From assembly GCF_003704095.1 (NCBI RefSeq), contig NW_020845073.1:496001-560000 (forward strand): a DNA stretch of 64,000 nucleotides, given 5' to 3'. Made by a program: the position numbers and the translations under genes. The notes under the pieces were generated by a model. The model was not told the DNA's origin and did not search any database. It saw only the letters and a program-made list of their open reading frames with translations. The DNA comes from Pocillopora damicornis (lineage: Eukaryota). The first letter of the stretch is position 1. Every line of letters begins with the position of its first letter. Positions 50,201-61,900 of this stretch are shown piece after piece.

Positions 50201-51493
50201 CGTTCTTGAATTTCAGCGCGATCATCCACCCTGAAGCTGGAAAGCCGCGAAAGATAAACATTAAATCTGATCTTGAAGGATCTTTCAGTGAAGCGATAAA
50301 AGAAAATAACATACGCAGAATATCATGAGTTTGAAGAGAGAGAGAGTTTGTCATTGTGAAGTTACTTACTTGTCACGGTGCTGACTTATTTTTTGAAGAT
50401 CAGGCAACCGAGATCTGGAGCAGTTCAGTTGCAGCGAGGCACTAATGATCCAAGACCATCTGAAGTGGGGACTACGTTTTATAGTAATGAGTGTTGCTAA
50501 AATCAGGCCTGCGGCCCACATCTTACTTCATCAAGGTCCCCAGACCATAACAGGTTGACAGGGTTAAATCTTGCAAAACTTTTCGCCAAATTTTGGTCAG
50601 GAAATCTTTGAGACAACTCAAATGCCAATGTTTGCGGCCTGCCTGAGCTCATCTGGTCATTTTCTGGTTGTTTTAAAAACTAGAATGGAAGTTAGTGACT
50701 TTTGTCATGTGGGTCTAGGATGGATATAATCACCTGGTTAACATGTTCTAATGGGAAAAACAGTAAATATATAATGTTAGTAGGGACAGCTTACTTAGTC
50801 ATTGAGATCAAGATGTCATCACATCTCTTAACTCTTCAAATTAAATATTCCAAGGAAAAATTACATCCCTGTAGTAATCTAAATGGCAAAAGCTCCATAC
50901 AGAAAAATAGTAAGGACTTGAAAGGAAGCGTAATTCCGTAATAACAATAATAGCGTCATGGTAATTCCAAAAATATCTTTTTGCTAAAGACGAGTCCTGA
51001 ATTTTAGTTTAGATTGTCTGCATTTCATAAAATGCGAAATATAGTGAACTATAGTGATCTTGGATGAATCAATGAAAATCCATTGACGCTGAAGCAAATC
51101 AGGTTTTAGACGTCTATCTATTGAGCTGTTCCAGAAAATGTTTCATTTCGGAGTTCTTGAACCATTTTATGATGATTTAGGAAAACATGATATGAAATCG
51201 TTAGTTAGGCTCTACACCAAAGAGTAAAGAAACAATCTGGCGGGGGCCCTCTTCACTAACTCCTGTATGTATGTATTTTATTTAAGATGACAACTAATGT
51301 GAAAGCCCATATCTTACATGCTACCGTCTCTAACTGTTTGCCGTTCAGAAAACGTATTTCATTTTCCCTTTTTTCTCTTTTCTTTTCCCTTTTTTTTTTT
51401 TGGACCACAAAATTATGAAAACATAAACTATACTAGCAACTGAGGTGTAATGACGATAACTGTCCTAATCTGGCGTAAATTATAATTTTATGG

Positions 51494-52378
51494 CTATTTT
51501 GGTATAACTTCATAAATATTCTCCAAATTCCTGGGCATGTTTAGTGCTTGGTTTTTGATGTTCTGATTCCCCCTCTTCCATTCGCGCGTTATGGTGTCGT
51601 AGTAGTGTTCCAGAGCGTAAAAGGACCATGATATGTTGACATGATGCAACTCTGTAATGATATATAAAAAACGAGAAAAGTTGATAGCTTCCGACTCCGC
51701 TGTCATACCAAATAACTTATCGTGCGCCATACACGCACTAAGATACGTCAGCAGACCTGTTTCCTTCGTGGAATTAGTCGCTTTTTCAATTGCATTTCTG
51801 ACATTTGTTCGGCATTTAGAACTACCATTTCCTCTCCAGTACACTGACAAATTATCTTTTTAGTTTGACCCTGAAGTAAAAATATGCTACTTAGCCATCA
51901 TATATGCATCATTTTGATAAACCGTTGAATCTAATTTAGATAACTCCTTGGTGTTTTTTCCTGGCGACGCCAAAATAAGTATTCACTTAGCGTTCTTTCC
52001 ACCTGTAGCTCAGATTGCTTCTGTTACATTTTTGGTCCTTTGAGTGTATTTGACGACACTTTTTCGATAACTATTTTTGCAACGTATTCCATGAGTTTTA
52101 CGCGCACCAAATCCCAGTTCTATGAGAAGATTAAAACTCATTCTATAGTCACTGTCTTTTAACCGTCGTGCCATGGCTGTCCACCAGGCAACAAAGGCGA
52201 TGCGATCCTTCTCTGTGGCGTTAGCCTCCGACTTGAAGATAAAACTAAGAGATAGTTGAAACCACATCATGTTTCAGACAGTCATCAACTATGGTCGTCA
52301 GTTTGTCAAGAAACCATGTAAAGTTGAGGGCGGAGTAGTTGTATGGTACAAATCTGCCCTGCATCTAGCTCGTAAGTT
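51494..52378 (-). pseudogene. GH5-like pseudogene (type D, copy 2); 5' part lost in a gap
   Basis: NLRARCRADLY, SEANATEKDRIAFVAWWTAMARRLKDSDYRMSFNLLIELG and ...LLTYLSACMAHD...NIYEVIPK* in several frames. Confidence 0.85.
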
Positions 52379-52478
52379 NNNNNNNNNNNNNNNNNNNNNN
52401 NNNNNNNNNNNNNNNNNNNNNNNNNNNNNNNNNNNNNNNNNNNNNNNNNNNNNNNNNNNNNNNNNNNNNNNNNNNNNN

Positions 52479-53205
52479 TTTGTTCGGCATTTAGAACTAC
52501 CATTTCCTCTCCAGTACACTGACAAATTATCTCTTTTGTTTGACCCTGAAGTATAAATGTGCCACTTAGCCATCATATATGTATCATTTTGATAAATTGT
52601 TGAATTGATTTTAGATGACTCCTTAGCAGTTTTTCCTGGCGATACCAGAATAAGTATTCGCTGAGCGTTCTTTCCTCTTGTAGTTTGGATTGCTTCTGTT
52701 ACATTCTTGAGTGTATTTGACGATATTTTTTTCGAGGACTATTTTTGCAACGTATTCCATTAGTTCTACACGCGCCAAATCCCAGTTCTGTGAAAAGATT
52801 AAGACAGTCTATAGTCCCTGTCTTTTAACCGTCGTGCCACGGCTGTCCACCAGGCAACATAAGCGATGCGATCCTTCTCTATGGCGTAGGCCTCCGACCT
52901 TACGGTGAAACTAAGAGATAATTGAAACTATACCACGTTTCAGACAGTCATCAACAGTGGTCGTCAAGTTGCCAAGAAACCATGTAAAATTTAGGGCGAA
53001 GTAGTTGTTTGGGTACAAATCTGCCCTACATCGAATTCGTAAGTTGGTAAACCCTTTTTTCATGGACGTCTGTAACTTGCTTCTCAGAGTACCTTAGTGG
53101 GTCATCGTGAGTCCAATTCTCATTTGGCTTGAGCCAGTTTGTACCGAACCCAGCTCGAATTATCCTTTGATAGCTTGCCGGTGGAATCGGCAAACTACCA
53201 AATCA
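52479..53205 (-). pseudogene. GH5-like pseudogene (type D, copy 3); 3' part lost in a gap
   Basis: Close match to 41300-42015 (PIPPASYQRIIRAGFGTNW..., MMAKWHIYTSGSNK), with frameshifts. Confidence 0.85.
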
Positions 53206-53321
53206 GTGTAGACAAATGAAGGCAGAATATTTACTCCTAACTAACCGAGCCCGAGGGCCGCACTCAAGAATTTTAGCCCGATTTTGGCCTGTAAAAAAAC
53301 GGTCCATTCAATTTTTTACAG

Positions 53322-53996
53322 TAGTGAACATGAATAATCCGATTTCTCCGAAAGAGTACCAAGCTAAGATACGAGGAGGATTTTGCACAAACTGGTTCAA
53401 ATGGAAGTCGCCACTGAAAAAGTACTTGGAACAGAACACCATAGACGTCCATGAGAAAGGCTTTAGTAACTTATGGTTTCGATGCAGGGCAGATCTATAT
53501 TCATACGACCTCTCCGCTGTAAACTTCACATGATTTCTTGGCAACCTGACGACTGTCAACCATTGTCTGAAACACGATGTGATTCCAATCATCTCCTGGA
53601 TTCCCCATCAAGCAGAGGCCTGCGCCATGAAAGAGGACTTTATAGCTTACCGGCGTGGATTGGTGGACAGCGGTGGCAAAGCAGTTAAAAAAAAAGGACT
53701 ACAGACTGAGTTTTAATCTTTCTACAGAACTTGGAAAAGACACTTGTGAACGAAACAACAGAAGTAGCGAGAGTCTTCGCGAGAAAACCGACAAATACAA
53801 CCTCTGGACCAGGAATGTGACAAAAGCGATCCGGAAAACAGGAGGGAACAACGCTCAGCGAATACTGATTTTGGGATCTCCTAAAAAACTGCCAAGGACT
53901 TATCTGAAATCGATCCAGAAATCTATGAAAATGATCACTATACGATGGCTGAGTGGCATATTTATGCATCTGGTCCAAACAAAGTGCTCGGTTCCA
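53322..53996 (+). pseudogene. GH5-like pseudogene (type C, copy 2)
   Basis: Acceptor TTTTTTACAG at 53321, then VNMNNPISPKEYQAKIRGGF. In-frame TGA at 53531-53533 (W codon in C1) and further frameshifts; ends at an N gap. No signal exon upstream. Confidence 0.85.
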
Positions 53997-54097
53997 ANNN
54001 NNNNNNNNNNNNNNNNNNNNNNNNNNNNNNNNNNNNNNNNNNNNNNNNNNNNNNNNNNNNNNNNNNNNNNNNNNNNNNNNNNNNNNNNNNNNNNNNN

Positions 54098-54466
54098 TAA
54101 AATCAATTCAACAATTTATCAAAATGATACATATATGATGGCTAAGTGGCATATTTATACTTCAGGGTCAAACAAAAGAGATAATTTGTCAGTGTACTGG
54201 AGAAGAAATGGTAGTTCTAAATGCCGAACAAATGTCAGAAATGCAATTGAAAAAGCGANNNNNNNNNNNNNNNNNNNNNNTCTGCTGACGTATTTTAGTG
54301 CGTGTATGGCGCATGATAACTTATTTGGTGTGACAACGGAATCGGAAGCTATCAACTTTGCCCGTTTTATCATTACAGAGCTGCAGCAAGTCAACATGTC
54401 ATGGTCCTTTTATGCTCTGGAACACTACTACGACACCAAACGTGCGAATAAAAGAGAGGGACTCAG
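54098..54466 (+). pseudogene. GH5-like type D C-terminal fragment between gaps
   Basis: KINSTIYQNDTYMMAKWHIYTSGSNK...LLTYFSACMAHDNLFG...WSFYALEHYYDTK; flanked by N runs, so functional status cannot be judged. Confidence 0.7.
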
Positions 54467-55119
54467 ANNNNNNNNNNNNNNNNNNNNNNNNNNNNNNNNN
54501 NNNNNNNNNNNNNNNNNNNNNNNNNNNNNNNNNNNNNNNNNNNNNNNNNNNNNNNNNNNNNNNNNNNNNNNNNNNNNNNNNNNNNNNNNNNNNNNNNNNN
54601 NNNNNNNNNNNNNNNNNNNNNNNNNNNNNNNNNNNNNNNNNNNNNNNNNNNNNNNNNNNNNNNNNNNNNNNNNNNNNNNNNNNNNNNNNNNNNNNNNNNN
54701 NNNNNNNNNNNNNNNNNNNNNNNNNNNNNNNNNNNNNNNNNNNNNNNNNNNNNNNNNNNNNNNNNNNNNNNNNNNNNNNNNNNNNNNNNNNNNNNNNNNN
54801 NNNNNNNNNNNNNNNNNNNNNNNNNNNNNNNNNNNNNNNNNNNNNNNNNNNNNNNNNNNNNNNNNNNNNNNNNNNNNNNNNNNNNNNNNNNNNNNNNNNN
54901 NNNNNNNNNNNNNNNNNNNNNNNNNNNNNNNNNNNNNNNNNNNNNNNNNNNNNNNNNNNNNNNNNNNNNNNNNNNNNNNNNNNNNNNNNNNNNNNNNNNN
55001 NNNNNNNNNNNNNNNNNNNNNNNNNNNNNNNNNNNNNNNNNNNNNNNNNNNNNNNNNNNNNNNNNNNNNNNNNNNNNNNNNNNNNNNNNNNNNNNNNNAA
55101 TGTACCGATGTAAAGTTAA

Positions 55120-58100
55120 CTAATAAATAGCCTTTGGCATTTCTTTACGAATATTGTTCAAAATCTTGGCCATCTTTAACTGCTGACCTTTGATGACTTG
55201 AGTCTCTGTCCGCCATTTGCTTTCCTTGGTGTCGTAATAGTTGTCCAGAACGTTCAGGGACCACGGTATGTTCTCCTTACGCAGCTCCTTAACAAAGAAA
55301 CGGGCAAATTTTATGGCTTCTGTTTCTGTTATGCCTCCGTTTGCGTTATCGTGAGGCATCCAAGCACCAAGATAGGTCAGCAGACCAGTCTTCTTCGAAA
55401 AACTCGTTGCGTAGCTAATTGCTTCTTCGACATTTGCTTGGCCTCCAGATTTACCATCACCACTCCAATACTTTTGGGAATCCTTCTCTTTGTTTGGCCC
55501 TGAAGCATAAAGATGCCATTCAACCATCATATACCGATCATTTTTGTAAATTTCTGAATCGATTTTAGGTAAGTCCTTGGCAGTTTTTCCTGGTGACCCA
55601 AGAATGAGTATTCGCTTTCTGTTATTTCCACCCGTACCTCGAATCGCTTTTGTTACATTTTTTGTCCACTCGTTGTATTTGTCTGTTCTCCTGCGAAGAC
55701 TTTTGTCACAACTTTTCCCTTCCTCTTTACAAGTGTCAATTCCAAGTTCTGTGAAGAGATTAAAACTCAGTCTGTAGTCCCTGTCCTTTAACTGGCGTGC
55801 CACAGCTGTCCACCAACCAACATAGGCGACACGATCCTTCTCTGTAGCGTAGGCTTCTGCGTGGTGGTGTATCCAGGAGATAATTGGAATCACATCGTGT
55901 TTCAGACAATGGTCGACAACGGTCGTCAGAGAGCCAAGAAACCGTTTGAATTCGACGGTGGAGAAGTCGTATGAGTACAGATCTGCCCTGCATCGAAGCC
56001 TTAAGTTACTAAAGCCTTTCTCGTGGACGTCTATGATGTTCTGTTCCGAGTATTTTTTCAGTGGCGGCTTCGATTTGAACCAATTTGTGGAAAATCCTCC
56101 TCGTATCTTAGCTTGGTACTCTTTCGGGGAAATCGGATTATTCACGTTCACTACTGCAAAAAAATTGAATCGACCGAGAGCATTAGATAGAATGTTATTG
56201 TATGTTCAGTATGCCTCAGAGTTCGTTCACCAAGCAAAACAACGATCCCCAATATTGATTTTTAATACAATACCTTGAGAAGACAAGAGATACACATCGA
56301 AACGTCGTTTAAAAAACAATTTCAATTTTTAAAAATACCCCAAACCAGACAAAAACACTCAATTTGCTTTAGAAATCTGGTCTCAAGCATCAGGGTGCGG
56401 AATCCGTCGGTATAAGGTTTGACTCCTTGAAGATTTGGAATATCTTTTTGTCGCACACTTGTGACACGACAGAAAAAAAACATTCTTTTAGACTAAAAAT
56501 GTTCCAATGAGTTAACTGAATTTACCGGCATTTTCAATAATAACTGCGGCAAACAAACTAAGCTTGATTACTTTAGCATTTCAGAAATTATCGTGCATTA
56601 GCGCGACCTAGACATTTATCACTTACTTTGAAAATCAATTCGCTGATTCTCAATAAACCGGTCAAAAAGCGCGAACAACCGGCGAACAACCGGCGAAAAA
56701 CCGGCGAGTGCGACCGAATCAATGAGCGCGGTGATACAAGGAATCCGAGCTGAAATCACGATGAAGCTCAAGAGAAAGTTTTGCCTGAACAATGAAGGAA
56801 AAAAAAATCATTACCATTAGGCTTTCTTCAATTTGGATAAGGAAAACGCAAGCTTTGTGGTAAGAAAAGAAGTGTGCCCCTATTCCTGTGAATTCGGCTG
56901 TCGTTCATTCATAAATGAATAATAATTTGAACAATTTGTTTTCTAATTGTCATGAAAAAAAGAGGAGTTTTTTATGAGCCACAATTCGACCGAATCTCAG
57001 TCAGTGCACATTTCACTTTTAGATTCAGTATTAAAACTAAAAACCTTTAGGAAAAAGTGTTAAATTTGACCTGCCGAACTATTTCAGTTTGTGAATTATN
57101 NNNNNNNNNNNNNNNNNNNNNNNNNNNNNNNNNNNNNNNNNNNNNNNNNNNNNNNNNNNNNNNNNNNNNNNNNNNNNNNNNNNNNNNNNNNNNNNNNNNG
57201 ACAAAAACACTCAATTTGCTTTAGAAATCTGGTCTCAAGCATCAGGGTGCGGATTCCGTCAGTATAAGGTTTGACTCCTTGAAGATTTGGAATATCTTTT
57301 TGTCACACACTTGTGACACGACAGAAAAAAAAACATTCTTTTAGACTAAAAATGTTCCAATGAGTTATCTGAATTTACCGGCATTTTCAATAATAACTGC
57401 AGCAAACAAACTAAGCTTGATTATTTTTAGCATTTCAGAAATTATCGTGCATTAGAGCGACCTAGACATTTATCACTTACTTTGAAAATCAATTCGCTGA
57501 TTCTCAATAAACCGGTCAAAAAGCGCGAACAACCGGCGAACAACCGGCGAAAAACTGGCGAAAAACCGGCGAAAAACCGGCGAGTGCGACCGAATTAATG
57601 AGCGCGGTGATACAAGGAATCCAAGCTGAAATCACAATGAAGCCCAAGAGAAAGTTTTGCCTGAACAATGAAGGCAAAAAAAAAATCATTACCATTACGC
57701 TTTCTTCAATTTGGATAAGTAAAACGCAAGCTTTGTGGTAAGAAAAGAAGTGTGCCCCTATTCCTGTGAATTCGGCTGTCGTTCATTCATAAATGAATAA
57801 TAATTTGAACAATTTGTTTTCTAATTGTCATGAAAAAAAAAGGAGTTTTTTATGAGCCACAATTCGACCGAATCTCAGTTAGTGCACATTTCACTTTTAG
57901 ATTCAGTATTAAAACTAAAAACGTTTAGGAAAAAGTGTTAAATTTGACCTGCCGAACTATTTCAGTTTGTGAATTATTGCAGATATGCGACCAATCAGTT
58001 TATTTGAACCATTCTAACAAGGATTGTAATTGGCTTGTTGTTGCGTGCTTTATGAGAGTAAAGAGCAAGCTTACGACACTGTTGTTCGCTTTAGAAATAA

Positions 58101-58393
58101 ACTTTGCTCTGAAAATTGAATGTGATGCCTGGGGAGTTTAACGGATTCTTTACTATAAAACAAATGGAGTGCTTTGACTCAAGAAGTAGGGAGAAACACT
58201 CGACTACCACTAGTGTTTCTCCCTGCTCTTCTTTCGTGCTCTAACCGCTTTCTACGTGCTTTACAACAGAACAAAGCACAGTTGAGGCTTCTCTATGTAT
58301 TTTATTTAATAAAAAAACAGGACCTGTTTCCCCGGTTATGAAAACCATAAACAGCAGGAAAGCTGAAGGTAACAGGACCAATGATCCAAACAT
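55120..58393 (-). CDS. Secreted GH5-like protein, intact copy B2
   Basis: Catalytic exon 55120-56153 is open and differs from B1 at 13 of 343 aa by manual count. Signal exon 58324-58393 (MFGSLVLLPSAFLLFMVFITGET, phase 1) has a weak donor (GTCCTG), and the intron spans an N gap. Confidence 0.8.
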
Positions 58394-58985
58394 GTCGTTT
58401 CCTTTCGTTGATTCCTGTCGATCTGTATAAGGGAATTTAAGAGATACATTTAAGGCCTTGTGTCCGAGAGGAAAGTGTCGTTTGGTGTGTCATAGGATTG
58501 CAAAGTGTAGTAACAATTATTCTAACATATGACACGGGTCTTGTAAACGCAAGAAAGTCATACGTTTTTCACTTCGTTTTTCAAACAGTGAATATTATTT
58601 TAAAATGTTGATATGCCCTAAAGCAGAATTCAATAGGATATTTTAATTTTAGAATCGTACAAATTCACGATTTCCATCACAAACTTACACAATTTACTGG
58701 CGGTGAGTTCTATTAAACAAAGATTTAAGCAAACTGAATTTCAGCGCAAAGCCTTGCAATAGGCCATTTTACAGTTGTGTACTAGGCCAAGCCTTTGATT
58801 TGGAGTGAGGCTGAAGGTGACCTTGCTGTGATACTAAACAAAACTTATGAGAATGTAAGTCCTCTCTCTGACTTCAACTGAGGCTTTGCGACGTAGGGGT
58901 CAATTCTTTAGAACGGTTAATATTATTTTAAGTATTGACATGTCCCAAAAGTAATTTTCAATAGGAGATTTTGACTTAAATCGTA

Positions 58986-61900
58986 CGTTTTTCAAAAATT
59001 TCAGCGCAAAGCCTTGCAATTTTCGAGTCGTAACTTCTAGTAAACACAAATTCAAGTAAGGCGAATCAACTTGGCGGGTCTCGTAAAAACAAAAAATTCG
59101 TACGTTTTTCGCTTTGTTTTTCGAACAGTGAGTATTGCTTTTAAATCTTGCTATGCCCCAAAAGTATTGTTAAATAGATGATATTAATTTCAAACCGTAC
59201 AATTTCAGAATTTTCATCACAAACCTACACAATTTTCTGGCCGTGAATTCTAGTAAACAACGATTCAAGCATGTTCGATCTACGAAGTGTTCACGCACAT
59301 GCAAAAGATTCGTTTTTCTCTTTAAGCTTTTTATCATCATACTAAAAATCCTTCAAATACATTTTTGGTCTAATATATTTCGTGGTCGTCTTTGCCTTAT
59401 CATAAAGTCATAGCTTTCGGGTAGATCGCGATTACCTGGGAGACCCGACACAATAGTGATATTTTAAAAAACTCTTTCTTCCAGCACAAGTCATGCTTTT
59501 AACCGTTCGTAGATCGAGTTATGAATACACGCAGGAGACTTTGAAAGCACCAGGGAAGCGCTATAGTTGCTGAAGGCACAGCCGAGAGCAACTTAAGCTT
59601 CTTGATTGCTCTCCAAACTTCCCGCGTGCATCCATGATTCAATATACGCACGCTAAGCATGAACCAAGGTCTTGGTAAAGAGCGTGGGCCAGTACGAAGA
59701 AGAGTTTTAAAGATAACTTTAACTATACCAATTGTAGCCCTGAGTATGTTTTAGAATTGGCTCTAAGTTGATTGAAATAAATACACCGCTAATGTCACGG
59801 GAGCGAGCTCTTTTTTGGCACAATTACTCCAAGATAGCACTAAAGTTTCAAAGTTGAGCTTTGTTGAATTCACTCTAGCGTGACATCCGCCACTATCGAC
59901 TATTCTTTATGAAATTAGCAAGTATCCGAGACGTGTGGCTTGTTTTTATGCTCACTTAAGTTTATATCAAATTCATAGAATCGGATTTTAAAAGAAAGGA
60001 ATCTTGTGGTTGGTTTTGTCTCTAACCGAGGAATTATGGCTGTGTTCGCTTAGATATTTCAGACAAAAAACATGCAACTTATGTGCCTGTTCAGAGGAGA
60101 ACTGATTTCAAGTCATTGAAGACCTTTTTTCCCGTGAAACATCGGTTACAATGACACATAATTATATTTATTATATTAATATTATTGGATTTGAAATAGG
60201 ATAACCACCAGATACCTCACTAAAACATAACGGTTTCAAAGCGTATCACATTTCTGAACATGATAGACATTTCCGTCACTACATACTCAACCAAAACCAT
60301 CATTTTCGATCCCTGATCCCAAGTATTTTGTAGGATAGTAGATAAAATCTAGTTGCCTATTAAGTAAAAAATGGTTTTGAAGAGTGATAGTGTTTGTCCC
60401 TGGTGTAGTTACTTACTTGTCAAGGTGTTGCTGCTGACATAAGTATGTAGATCAAGCAAATGAGATCTGGAGGGCTAACCCTTCAAACGTCTGCTTTAGA
60501 AACCCTTTACTTTGGCCAGTTTGCTTTGGCCAATGGGCTATTTCCGAATTACCTTTAGCCTCTTTTTCATAACAAGGCCTGGTGCTTCTATGAAAATGAG
60601 TTTAATTTGCATGTGAATGAAAACTTATAATCCTATGAAGGGTTGTGGACCAGGACTCGCTTTGAAAATAAAGGGCTATTTACATAAGCTAATTATCTTG
60701 TTATACCTTCAGCCGACACAGCATCATACTAAGTTTCTCAAGAAACTTACCCTCTGAGGTCTGGAATTGCTCAGCTACCGAGGCACTAATGATCTAAGAC
60801 CATCTAAGATGAGCTACGTTTTAAGGAAATGGGTGTTACTAAATTTAGGCCCGCGGCCTCGACGTCCGACCTCATCAAGACCTGTAGCCATAACAGGTTA
60901 GCCAAAGGGCAATAGACTCTAAAATGTTGGAATATTGCGCTATTTTAAGTTCACAGAAGGTAAAAATGTCCATTGTTTTCACGATAGAGGATCGCTACTT
61001 GAGAAATTTTGTTGACAAATCTTACTTGTCACAGAAAATAAAGTGCTATTTACATAAGCTAATTATCTTGTTATACCCCCAACCGACAAAGCATCATAAT
61101 ATGATTCTTAAGAAACTTACCCCTTGAGATCTGGAATTGCTCAGCTACCGAGGCATTAATGATCTAAGACCATCTAAGATGAGCTACGTTTTAAGGAAAT
61201 GGGTGTTACTAAATTTATGACCCGCGGCCCCGGCGTCCGACCTCATCAAGACCTGTGGCCATAACAGGTTGGCCAAAGGGCAATAGNNNNNNNNNNNNNN
61301 NNNNNNNNNNNNNNNNNNNNNNNNNNNNNNNNNNNNNNNNNNNNNNNNNNNNNNNNNNNNNNNNNNNNNNNNNNNNNNNNNNNNNNAATAAGTCAGCACC
61401 GTGACAAGTAAGTAACTTCACGATGAAAAACTCTCTCTCTTCAAACTCATGATATTCTGCGTATGTTATTTTCTTTTATCGCTTTACTGACAGATCTCTC
61501 AAGATTAGATTTAATGTTTACCTTTCGCGGCTTTCCAGCTTCATGGTGGATGATCGCGCTGAAATTCTAGAACGTTTTGCGATTGGGAATCCTACCAGGA
61601 ATGAAAAAGCTAAATAATCAATTTTTACAATATTTTCTAAAGTTCTGCCTACACTTCTGCAAATTCAGCTTGAAAATGAGTATTCATGCGTTCACACGAT
61701 CTTCACTTCCCGATCGTGCTTTGTTCTGAGAACGACTTAGAATGCACAATAATTTCTCAAGCATTAAGAACTTCTGTTTACTTTAACTGGGTGCTGGGTT
61801 ACTTTTCAATTCAAAAATATGGTCAAAAGTCACTTCTGAGTTGTTGTTAGGACCAAAAATTCAATCTTCCCTCCGTCGGATAAATATATCGCTCAATGGC

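Noticed and set aside
53655-55130. 491-aa ORF in the ORF track
   Set aside because: Artefact of reading through N gaps; it joins type C and type D fragments.
57200-57980. Tandem duplication of ~56347-57099
   Set aside because: The two copies abut a 100-N gap, so this is likely an unmerged contig overlap or alternate haplotype; not counted as a biological duplication without long reads.
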